From Myxococcota bacterium (GTDB taxonomy: Bacteria; Myxococcota_A; SURF-8), in assembly GCA_963674735.2 (NCBI GenBank), contig CAXXQS010000001.1:2080001-2144000 (forward strand): a stretch of DNA of 64,000 nt, given 5' to 3'. Each line of letters starts with the position of its first letter. Positions within the stretch are counted from its first letter, which is position 1. Positions 55,808-64,000 of this stretch are shown here, piece by piece. The notes under the pieces were generated by a model. The model worked only from the letters and a program-made list of their open reading frames with translations. It ran no database searches and had not been told where the DNA came from. Made by a program: the position numbers and the translations under genes.

Positions 55808-57268
55808 TCATTCGACAATGTATCTCGCCACGACCATCTCGTCGCCTTCGTCCTCGCCGATAACGACCCTTTGGTCCGACGCTTCGACGCCGACCACGAT
55901 CAGCTTGCCGTCCGGCTGCGTGGCCAGACCCAGAATACGAAAATCGGAAGTGAAAACACCATTCTCGCCGAAGGACTCGTCGAATTCACTGCCGGGATCA
56001 AGGCGCACGAGGAAATCAAAGGCGGGATCGCCGAACGTGGTGCTGAAGGAGCCCGCTACCAGCGCCCGGTCTTTATCGTCGAGGATAAGCGCCGTCATTC
56101 CGCCGGTCTGGCCCAGATCAAATTTCAAGACGCCGCCCTCTCCGTAACCGGAATCCGGCTGGCCATCGACCGTGAAGCGAACTACCGTAGCATCCCGGAG
56201 GTCTGAAAAATCATCGCTCCAGGCATTGCCGGAGGCGATCAGCTTGCCGTCTTGCTGTTCGGCCGGATTCGACAGCCCCTCCCCGCCGGTTGAAGGACCG
56301 ATGGCGACGCCGACACCATCCTCGCCGAAGGCCGTATCCAGAGAGCCATCGGGATTATAACGAGCCAGAGCGTAATTACTGGGCGGTATTGGTTCTCCAG
56401 TAGCTTTGGAGCTGACGGTGACGATTTTGCCATCCACTTGCAACAAGGCACCGGAGCATGACCGGGTCGCATCCGAAACAACCACACCACCTTCGCCAAA
56501 GGTTTCATCCAGGGTGCCGTTTGGGGTCAGACCGACCAGTATCGAGCCCGCGTTATTGATCCCGCCTACAAGTAGGAGGTCATCGTCAGAGCGAACCAGC
56601 ACCGATGAAACGAATCGCACTAGATCGGTTTGGGCGGGAAGGATGAACACTCCCTCTTCGGCGAAATGGGAATCCAGAGTTCCGTCCAGATTGAAGCGGC
56701 TCACGATTAAACGTCCACTTCCTTCCACGCCTGCGGCAACCACTTTCCCGTCGGGCTGAACAGTCAAGGCGAAGCTCTGTCCGTATTCTGCCGAGAAGGG
56801 AAGCACCAACCCATTTTCCGAGCCGAAAGTGTCATCCAGGGTTCCATCTTGAGAAAGACGTTGGATGAACAAGAAAGCGTCACCCTCTTCCGGCTGACGC
56901 GAACCAGCCACGTAAAGCCATCCTTCGGCATCGACAGCAACGCTTTTTGCGCGAGTGATTCCCGAGCCATAACGGCTTTTCATGATTCCGCAGACCCCGA
57001 ACTCCGGATCCAACCGGGGAATGGAATCGCTGGATTGGATGGCGCAGCCTGCTTCGGCGTCGCCGTCGTGGTCGCCATCATTATCGTCGGCGTCGGTCAT
57101 GTCACCATCAGTAATATCGCCGTCGCTTGCGTCGGCGTCGGCTCCGGAAGGTTCGGCAATGTCGGAACCGCCTCCATTTCCAGAGCAAGCGAAGACCAGC
57201 AGCCCAAAGACGAGACTGGTAGCCGACAGACGCAATAGGCGCAACAGCGACAAAACCGGGGATTTCAT
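55808..57268 (-). CDS. Delta-60 (DUF5122) repeat beta-propeller lipoprotein
   Basis: Lipobox VFAC; QPDGKVVAAG...RFNLDGTLDSHF and RYNPDGSLDTAFGEDG repeats. Confidence 0.88.
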   Translation of the reverse strand: MKSPVLSLLRLLRLSATSLVFGLLVFACSGNGGGSDIAEPSGADADASDGDITDGDMTDADDNDGDHDGDAEAGCAIQSSDSIPRLDPEFGVCGIMKSRYGSGITRAKSVAVDAEGWLYVAGSRQPEEGDAFLFIQRLSQDGTLDDTFGSENGLVLPFSAEYGQSFALTVQPDGKVVAAGVEGSGRLIVSRFNLDGTLDSHFAEEGVFILPAQTDLVRFVSSVLVRSDDDLLLVGGINNAGSILVGLTPNGTLDETFGEGGVVVSDATRSCSGALLQVDGKIVTVSSKATGEPIPPSNYALARYNPDGSLDTAFGEDGVGVAIGPSTGGEGLSNPAEQQDGKLIASGNAWSDDFSDLRDATVVRFTVDGQPDSGYGEGGVLKFDLGQTGGMTALILDDKDRALVAGSFSTTFGDPAFDFLVRLDPGSEFDESFGENGVFTSDFRILGLATQPDGKLIVVGVEASDQRVVIGEDEGDEMVVARYIVE

Positions 57269-57440
57269 TTTTTCGCTCCAACGTTAGGCGCTTCGGAAGC
57301 AAATTAAGTACAGCTTAGCCAATCCACGCAAGTTGATCAATCAAAAGCAGAGAAAGTCAATCCTAACGTTGCTAAAACACCGGCGAAAAGCGCTATGCTC
57401 ACGCGATAGCACGCCGTTTGCGGTCCTGCTTGCTTTAAGA

Positions 57441-58775
57441 CTAGCCCATATCCACGCAAATTCCTTCAATGCACTGGGCCGTCCCGTCGCAGTCGTCATC
57501 GGAATCGCAAGTGGTGATACTGCCGTCATCCTCAATGCAGTAATTGACCACGCAAATATAATTCGCGTCGCAGTCGTCGTCGCTTTCGCAGGTATCCATT
57601 CCCGAATCTTCAACACAATATCCCGAGTTGCAGATTTCTCCCACACCACAGTCGGCATCGCTTTGGCAGGTATCAGGAATATCGCTTTCATCGAAGCAGA
57701 AACCTTCCGAGCAGACTTCGCCCGCCCCGCAATCCGCGTCACTACTGCAGGTATCGGGGATGAAGTCTTCATCCACACAATACGTTTCGTAGCAGATTTC
57801 GCCCGCGTCGCAATCGGCATCGCTGTCGCAGGGAGCCATACTTTCATCGATACACAGGCCACTCAAACAGACCTCACCGACGGCACAATCGGAGTCGCTC
57901 GCACAGGTATCCGGCATGGGGATATCACCTTCCATGCAGATTCCGTAAACGCAGCTTTCGTTGCTCTCGCAATCGGCGTCGCTTTCGCACATGCTGACAT
58001 CGGGTTGGCAGTAGCCGTCCCGGCAAACGAAATCGCCTTCGCAGTCGGCATCGACGGTGCAGGTTCCACCGGTACTATCGGCCTCCATGGCGCAATAGCC
58101 GAGCACACAAATCGTCCCACCCGAACAATCCGCATCCGAGCTACAAGTGGCCGATTGATCGGGTGCCACGGCGCAGGCTTCAGTGTCGCCGGAAGTGTTG
58201 AAGATCGTACCGCAGGCAGCGAGATCCGCTTCGGTGTATTGTTCGGTACTGCCATCCGGACAGGTAACGTTCAACGCGGTCATTTCGGCAGAGGTATTCA
58301 CGGTAACGGTATACTCGAAATGTCCGCTGGCGTTATCGACTTCCACATCCGCCGTACTCGCGTCGTCCGTTTGGTGCACACGCTCCGTATTGCACAGCGT
58401 CCCATCGCTGCTGTAGTATTCGCCAACCGCCCAATCGTCGTCGGTTATCGATAAGACGATGTAAAATCCGTTCTCCCACTTCACGATGACATCGTCGGCT
58501 TGCTCGTCGATCACCACCACACAGGCCATTTCCGGCGTCGCCGAACAGTTGGGCTGCGCGATATCCGCCATACACGACTGATCAGCATCCAAGAGAGGAC
58601 AATCACCGAGATCATCGCCATCCGGATCATCACCATCCGGATCATCGCCATCCGAGTCGTCGCCGTCACTCGAGTCGCCATCCTCATCCGTTTCGAGACA
58701 GCCGTACATGATCAATGAACAAACAACCAGCAAACTGACCATACCCAACAACACCCACCTTAATGAACGCTTCAT
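57441..58775 (-). CDS. Cys-rich repeat lipoprotein
   Basis: Lipobox MYGC; PDGD linker; nine CxSDADCxxGExCxxGxC-type repeats. Confidence 0.82.
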   Translation of the reverse strand: MKRSLRWVLLGMVSLLVVCSLIMYGCLETDEDGDSSDGDDSDGDDPDGDDPDGDDLGDCPLLDADQSCMADIAQPNCSATPEMACVVVIDEQADDVIVKWENGFYIVLSITDDDWAVGEYYSSDGTLCNTERVHQTDDASTADVEVDNASGHFEYTVTVNTSAEMTALNVTCPDGSTEQYTEADLAACGTIFNTSGDTEACAVAPDQSATCSSDADCSGGTICVLGYCAMEADSTGGTCTVDADCEGDFVCRDGYCQPDVSMCESDADCESNESCVYGICMEGDIPMPDTCASDSDCAVGEVCLSGLCIDESMAPCDSDADCDAGEICYETYCVDEDFIPDTCSSDADCGAGEVCSEGFCFDESDIPDTCQSDADCGVGEICNSGYCVEDSGMDTCESDDDCDANYICVVNYCIEDDGSITTCDSDDDCDGTAQCIEGICVDMG

Positions 58776-59324
58776 CGTACCCCTTCCTTTCACCGACATT
58801 CATTACAACTTAGTCGAAAATAGTCACAATTCGGAATTCCACTTGTGCGACATCCGCCCCGTTCACCAAGCCTCAATCCGTCCTCACCGGCATTGAAACT
58901 CAGCCAAAGCAGCCGCGCCTTCTTTGCTTACTTATTTTCGGTCGTTTCTGTTTGTTACCCTGTGGAACATAGTATGCCGGATCGAAACGAAAGAATCAAC
59001 ACGAATAATTGAATTTCGCCACCCCGGTGCGACTCAATGGAAACCGGCCGGACAAGCGAAAGATGCCGTACCGACAACACCCTACTGCTTGTTTTCAAGC
59101 TGGTGCACAACGGCTTGTACACGGCCGCCGCCGCCACCCTGACCTGGATACCAGAATCGCAGGCCCCCAGACTGTTTGAGGAAACCGCCGGGATGGCCTG
59201 GTTATATTACCGGAATGATTCCGAAAGCTTTTCCATCTAGCAAACAACGTTCCAGTACCGAACTTTTCCGGTAGTGGACTTACGAAAACAAACGAACCCG
59301 ACACCGAACAGAGGAGGGAAGCTT

Positions 59325-59936
59325 ATGAAAAAGCTTGCACTATTCAGCGTTTTACTTCTGGTATTGGTCCTGCAGATCTCGCCGGTTTCGGCCGAAGACG
59401 CCAAGCCATCCGCCTGGCAGCTGGACACCTATCACAGCACGGTCGCCTTCACGGTTCGCCACCTCGGTATTTCCAAGGTCAAGGGCAGTTTCGGAACCTT
59501 CACGGGCACGGTTACAACTGCCGATCCGGACGGCAAGCTGTCGGCTTTCGAAGGATCGGTGACCATCGACGCCATTGACACCGGCATCGAAAAGCGCGAT
59601 GCACATCTCAAAGCCCCCGATTTCTTTGACGCCGCCAAATTCCCCAAGGGAACGCTGAAATCGAAATCCATCACCTGGGACGGGGACAAAATCACCGTTT
59701 TGGCAGCCCTGACACTGAAGGGTGTCACCAAGGATATTACCTTGACGGGTGAATATCTGGGCAAGCAGAAAGCCAATTTCGGCCAGGGCGACCAACTACG
59801 TGCGGGCTACAGCCTTGAAGGCAAGATCAATCGCCAGGATTTCGGCTTGAATTTCAATAAGTTGGTTGAAGGCGTTTCCATCGTCTCGGACGAAATCACC
59901 ATCCAAATCGACGTGGAAATCTACCGCGTTTTGTAA
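59325..59936 (+). CDS. yceI: YceI family lipid/polyisoprenoid-binding protein
   Basis: LDTYHSTVAFTVRHLG, RDAHLKAPDFFD, LTLKGVTK and INRQDFGL motifs; GAGGAGG RBS. Confidence 0.92.
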   Translation: MKKLALFSVLLLVLVLQISPVSAEDAKPSAWQLDTYHSTVAFTVRHLGISKVKGSFGTFTGTVTTADPDGKLSAFEGSVTIDAIDTGIEKRDAHLKAPDFFDAAKFPKGTLKSKSITWDGDKITVLAALTLKGVTKDITLTGEYLGKQKANFGQGDQLRAGYSLEGKINRQDFGLNFNKLVEGVSIVSDEITIQIDVEIYRVL

Positions 59937-59959
59937 CGTTCTCGATACAACCGCATTCG

Positions 59960-59991
59960 AACGAAAGCCGGTTTTTTAATCGGCTTTCGTT
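59960..59991 (+). terminator. Intrinsic terminator after yceI
   Basis: AACGAAAGCCG...CGGCTTTCGTT stem followed by AGTTT. Confidence 0.7.
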
Positions 59992-60266
59992 AGTTTATGC
60001 CCCTATAAGCAACACAGCCAGCCATCACTTCGCCATTATGGGAACAACTCGGCTGGAGCCGTCCAAGCCCGCCCTTTTGGGGCAATTATCCATGCCATAT
60101 TTAATTATTACCATGTAATAACAGCTGCTTGCACTTTTCATATGTAATTTATGATTTTCTCGATTTATCTGTTGCGCTAGGCTACCCGGGCTGCTAGACT
60201 ATCCATACATCACCAGTTTCATTACTATTGTGTAGCACACAAATCTTCACCAAAGGGGGCCCGCGA

Positions 60267-61946
60267 ATGAAGATCTATATCCTTACTTTCACATTTGTGT
60301 TGCTTGTCTTACTGGCAGCAGGCTGCAACGATGATTCAGATAACATCGACGGTGACACGTCCGACGGCGACAGGTCCGATGGCGACAATCCCGATGGCGA
60401 CGAGCCCGACGGCGACGAGCCCGATGGCGACGAGCCCGATGGCGACGAGCCCGACGGCGACGATCCCGATGGCGACGATCCCGATGGTGACATGGAAAGG
60501 GAGATTGAGCAGGAAAACGATAGCGACGATCCCGACGGCGATATGGAAATGGAGATTGAGCAGGAAAACGATGGCGATACGGATTTCGAAGAAGAACTCG
60601 AAGTCGACGATGCTGAAGGCGAAACCGATGGGGACCTATCCGAAGCGGAATCCGATGAAATGGATTCGGAGTCAGCGGAAGCGGAGTTGGAAGAAGAGGC
60701 TCCTGAGCTCAAAGGTTATGGCGACATCGTAGTTGGCGTGCCCGGACATTCCTGGACGGGCTTGGCAATGGCCTTTCACGGATCCGCCACCGGCCCGTCG
60801 ACCACGGCCGACTGGTCGAGTACCGGACCCGATTATTCGGACTACGGCTACGTAGTTGCCTCGGCGGGCGATGTGAACGACGACGGCTACGACGATGTCA
60901 TTGTTGGAATGAATGACAATGATGGAACCGCGTATGTCTATCACGGTTCCGCATCCGGCTTGTCGGCAAACGAAGATTGGTCCGATGCGGCTGCAAACGG
61001 CGACTGGTTTGGCAGTTCGGTTGCCTCGGCGGGCGACATCAACAAAGACGGCTATGCCGATGTGGTCATCGGAGCTCCAGGCACTGACGGATCGAAAGGA
61101 AAAGCCTACGCCTATTACGGATCGAGTACGGGGTTATCCGATACGGCCGACTGGGCTCTGAGCAACCCCAGCCTATACAACGGCTTTGGAATTTCCGTCA
61201 GTGGGGCGGGCGACGTGAACAATGACGGCTATGACGATGTCGTCATCGCGGGTGAATACTACACGGGCTTTGCCTACCTGTACCTAGGATCGGCAAGCGG
61301 TCTGGCAACGACCGCATCCTGGACCGCCAGCGCGTCCTCGGAAGCGAGCTACCTTGGCACTGCAATCGCATCCGCAGGAGACGTAAACAAAGACGGCTAC
61401 GACGATGTGATCGTCGGCGCGAAAGGCTATGGCACCGATCAAGGCATTGTCTATGTTTATTTAGGAGGAAGCGGAGGCCTATCCGCTACAGCCAGCTGGA
61501 CAATAATGGGAGAAGGAAACAATGACTTCTTCGGCTGTAGTGTGGCAAGCGCCGGCGACGTCAACGGCGACGGCTACGACGATGTCATCGTCGGCGCAAG
61601 CCTCATCAACTCAGACAAGGGTAAAGCCTATGTCTACTACGGTTCGGCCTCGGGTTTGAGCAACTCTCCCGACTGGGTAGTCGACGGCGAAAATGCCTAT
61701 GACAGATTTGGGCACAGTGTCGCCTCGGCCGGTGACGTCAACGGTGACGGCTACGACGATGTGATTGTCGGAGCGAAAAACTACACATTCAGCACTTCCA
61801 GTAAAGGAAAAGCCTACCTGTATCTCGGGTCGGAATCGGGCCTGAGCACAACGGCGACCTGGACCATCGAAGGAACCAGTTCAAGCGGAAACCTCGGCAA
61901 TTCGGTTGCGGCCGCCGGAAATGTCAACGGCGATGTTGTCCCATAG
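60267..61946 (+). CDS. FG-GAP (integrin-alpha-like) beta-propeller lipoprotein with acidic PDGD linker
   Basis: Lipobox AAGC; repeated FGxSVASAGDVNGDGYDDVIVGA...GKAYVYYGS blades. Confidence 0.9.
   Translation: MKIYILTFTFVLLVLLAAGCNDDSDNIDGDTSDGDRSDGDNPDGDEPDGDEPDGDEPDGDEPDGDDPDGDDPDGDMEREIEQENDSDDPDGDMEMEIEQENDGDTDFEEELEVDDAEGETDGDLSEAESDEMDSESAEAELEEEAPELKGYGDIVVGVPGHSWTGLAMAFHGSATGPSTTADWSSTGPDYSDYGYVVASAGDVNDDGYDDVIVGMNDNDGTAYVYHGSASGLSANEDWSDAAANGDWFGSSVASAGDINKDGYADVVIGAPGTDGSKGKAYAYYGSSTGLSDTADWALSNPSLYNGFGISVSGAGDVNNDGYDDVVIAGEYYTGFAYLYLGSASGLATTASWTASASSEASYLGTAIASAGDVNKDGYDDVIVGAKGYGTDQGIVYVYLGGSGGLSATASWTIMGEGNNDFFGCSVASAGDVNGDGYDDVIVGASLINSDKGKAYVYYGSASGLSNSPDWVVDGENAYDRFGHSVASAGDVNGDGYDDVIVGAKNYTFSTSSKGKAYLYLGSESGLSTTATWTIEGTSSSGNLGNSVAAAGNVNGDVVP
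60347..60490 (+). repeat. 15-bp coding tandem repeat (PDGDx)
   Basis: CCCGAYGGCGACGAG-type units, about 10 copies. Confidence 0.88.
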
Positions 61947-62010
61947 CATTCGGAATTTCGTATCGCACAGATAGGCTCATCGAGAAGCCAGCCATGCCTC
62001 AGGAGGCCTT

Positions 62011-63585
62011 ATGTTGAAGTATACATTACAATCGCTGTTATTGATCGTCACTCTCGTTTTGCTCTTCGGCTGTGGTTCGGATAGCGATTCCGATCCCGAT
62101 GGGGATGAACTTGACGGCGACAGCCAGGAAAACCCGGACGGTGACGATCCTGACGGCGACAGCCCCGACGGCGACAGCCCCGACGGCGACAGCCCCGACG
62201 GCGACAGCCCCGACGGCGACAATCCAGACGGCGACAACCCGGATGGCGACACCGACCGCGATAGCGATAGTGATGGTGACAACGATAACGTTGAATACGA
62301 CAGCGATGGCGACCTTGAACCCGACATCGACACTTCGCCTGACGGCGATACCGAGGCGGAAAACGAGGGCGACCAAGACCTCGATGTGGAGGAAAATGAG
62401 GAAGAGGGAGATACGGAAGCGGAAAATCTCGATTCGGCCTGCGTGCGGCGGGTCGATGTCACGGTTTCGCCCGTGCCTGCCCAGCCGGACGGACTAAGCT
62501 GGGAAACCGCATTCACAAAGCTTCAAGCCGGTATAGACGCCGCTTCGGCAGCCCTGGACACACGGAACTGCTCCAGCGCTGAAGTTTGGGTTGCGGCTGG
62601 CACCTACACCATCCGCGGTAACACCGGAGTTTCGGGAGATATGTCCAATAGCCTTTCACTGAAAATAGGAGTGGCCGTTTACGGCGGTTTCTCCGGCAGT
62701 GAATCGCTGCGTGATGATCGGCAATGGTGGACAAATGAATGCGTAATCGATGGCGAAGATCTGGTCTACCATGTTGTCTCCTGTTTGGAAAACATCTGCG
62801 GTGAAGAACAAAACGACGACCATGCAACCCTTGACGGATTCACCATCACGGGGGGAATGGCGCGCAAGGGGGCTCTCGATACACCGGGTGACACTTCCGA
62901 CGATGGCTATACTATCGAAGGAAACTGCGGCGGCGGACTGTTCGTCGAAAAACATAACCCGATCATCTCCAACTGCACCTTTACGGGAAACAGCGCCATC
63001 AGCGGAGGCGGCGCCTGCGTCGAAGGCTGGGCACCGGTTTTCACCAACTGCCTGTTCGTCGACAACTCGGCCGACTGGCACGGCGGAGGTTTGTTCGCTT
63101 ATGAATTTGCACAGCCGGTAATCCACAACAGTACCTTCGTCGCCAACACGGCAGGAGGTGACGGAGGCGGCATCTCCACCTACAATACCAACTTCATGGG
63201 AACATGCTACCAGCCAACCATGGCCAATTGTATTGTCTGGGGTAATACACCGGCTCTTTCCACCGACAACCAAATCTTTTCCCAAACCTATTGTGAGCCA
63301 TTGGTAAGTTACTCCAACGTGCAGTGGGGTTGGGGCGACTTCGGAACTAACGGCAACATCGGCCACAACCCTGCCATTCACGATCCTCAATTCGTCGCAA
63401 CAACGGGAGATGTGGACTATCGTCTGCAATCGTCATCACCCAGCATCGATACGGGCGACAACGAGACCGTCACCATAGATCATGATCTTGACGGGCAATC
63501 CCGTACCATCGATGGCAACGCCATTCCCGGTGCGGTTGTCGATATGGGCGCCTACGAATACCAGCCACCCGTTAGCAAGAACTAG
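62011..63585 (+). CDS. Right-handed beta-helix (PMP-like / choice-of-anchor Q) lipoprotein with PDGD linker
   Basis: Lipobox LFGC; DGLSWETAF, VWVAAGTY, LDGFTITGG, FxxN-GGG repeats, YRLQSSSPSIDTG and VDMGAYE motifs. Confidence 0.87.
   Translation: MLKYTLQSLLLIVTLVLLFGCGSDSDSDPDGDELDGDSQENPDGDDPDGDSPDGDSPDGDSPDGDSPDGDNPDGDNPDGDTDRDSDSDGDNDNVEYDSDGDLEPDIDTSPDGDTEAENEGDQDLDVEENEEEGDTEAENLDSACVRRVDVTVSPVPAQPDGLSWETAFTKLQAGIDAASAALDTRNCSSAEVWVAAGTYTIRGNTGVSGDMSNSLSLKIGVAVYGGFSGSESLRDDRQWWTNECVIDGEDLVYHVVSCLENICGEEQNDDHATLDGFTITGGMARKGALDTPGDTSDDGYTIEGNCGGGLFVEKHNPIISNCTFTGNSAISGGGACVEGWAPVFTNCLFVDNSADWHGGGLFAYEFAQPVIHNSTFVANTAGGDGGGISTYNTNFMGTCYQPTMANCIVWGNTPALSTDNQIFSQTYCEPLVSYSNVQWGWGDFGTNGNIGHNPAIHDPQFVATTGDVDYRLQSSSPSIDTGDNETVTIDHDLDGQSRTIDGNAIPGAVVDMGAYEYQPPVSKN
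62134..62250 (+). repeat. 15-bp coding tandem repeat (PDGDS/N)
   Basis: AGCCCCGACGGCGAC four times perfect, plus diverged units. Confidence 0.9.
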
Positions 63586-63609
63586 GTCTCAAACTACAGG
63601 GAGCCTGAC

Positions 63610-64000
63610 ATGCGTAAATTCCTGTTTGTTTTACTTCTTTCAATCGCCCTGTTTACTTGTGTTGCTTGCGCGGGTGGAAGCGATTCAGATGCGGATGGCG
63701 ACAGCGGAACCGATGGCGACAGTTCCGACCCGGACGGCGACAATCCAGATGGCGACAATCCAGATGGCGACGACCCCGACGGTGACAATCCGGACGGCGA
63801 TGAACCCGATGGCGACAATGACAGCGATAATGACAGCGACGGCGATATGGACGATACCGAAAACGAGGAAGACACCGAGGAAGTCGAACAAGATCCCATC
63901 ATCGATTGTATTTTTTATGTCGATGCCACAATCAGCAGTCCAGGAAACGGGGCCAATCCAGCTTCGGCCTTCGCCAGCATTCAACCGGCTTTGAATGCCG
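63610..64000 (+). CDS. PDGD-linker lipoprotein, probably another beta-helix paralog (runs off the window end)
   Basis: GGGAG RBS; MRKFLFVLLLSIALFTCVAC; PDGDN repeats; then CIFYVDATISSPGNGANPASAFASIQPALNA, resembling the start of the previous gene's domain. Confidence 0.8.
   Translation, partial: MRKFLFVLLLSIALFTCVACAGGSDSDADGDSGTDGDSSDPDGDNPDGDNPDGDDPDGDNPDGDEPDGDNDSDNDSDGDMDDTENEEDTEEVEQDPIIDCIFYVDATISSPGNGANPASAFASIQPALNA

Noticed and set aside
60347-63820. 15-bp tandem repeats as CRISPR or non-coding VNTR
   Set aside because: They have no spacers, are in frame, vary at synonymous positions and encode PDGDx linkers.

Overview
GC-rich bacterial window, probably Deltaproteobacteria/Myxococcota-like (inferred from gene content only). 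In order it holds: a partial YfhO-like membrane protein; a fatty-acid catabolism operon in which two genes appear to start at ATT and ATC; a VolA/Pla-1-N-like lipoprotein plus FadL; and a divergent TetR-controlled cluster with two 2-hydroxyacyl-CoA dehydratase/BCR-family modules, an ACS-beta-like protein, SCP2, CooC and a GMC oxidoreductase. Next comes a complete IS110 (IS621-like) element inserted in a GTAG REP, whose bridge-RNA target and donor guides can be read from the sequence. An AT-rich cassette encoding a degenerate SIR2-TM protein and a partner lies between REP-like direct repeats. Further on are a coupled DUF4956-HlyD/propeller-TolC-VTC-CotH-CotH operon (candidate polyphosphate synthesis/export system), a giant matrixin lipoprotein, a CDF-HflK fusion with hflC/hflK, and about ten lipoproteins sharing acidic PDGD repeat linkers. 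No rRNA, tRNA or CRISPR array was seen. All family calls come from motif recognition, not database searches.
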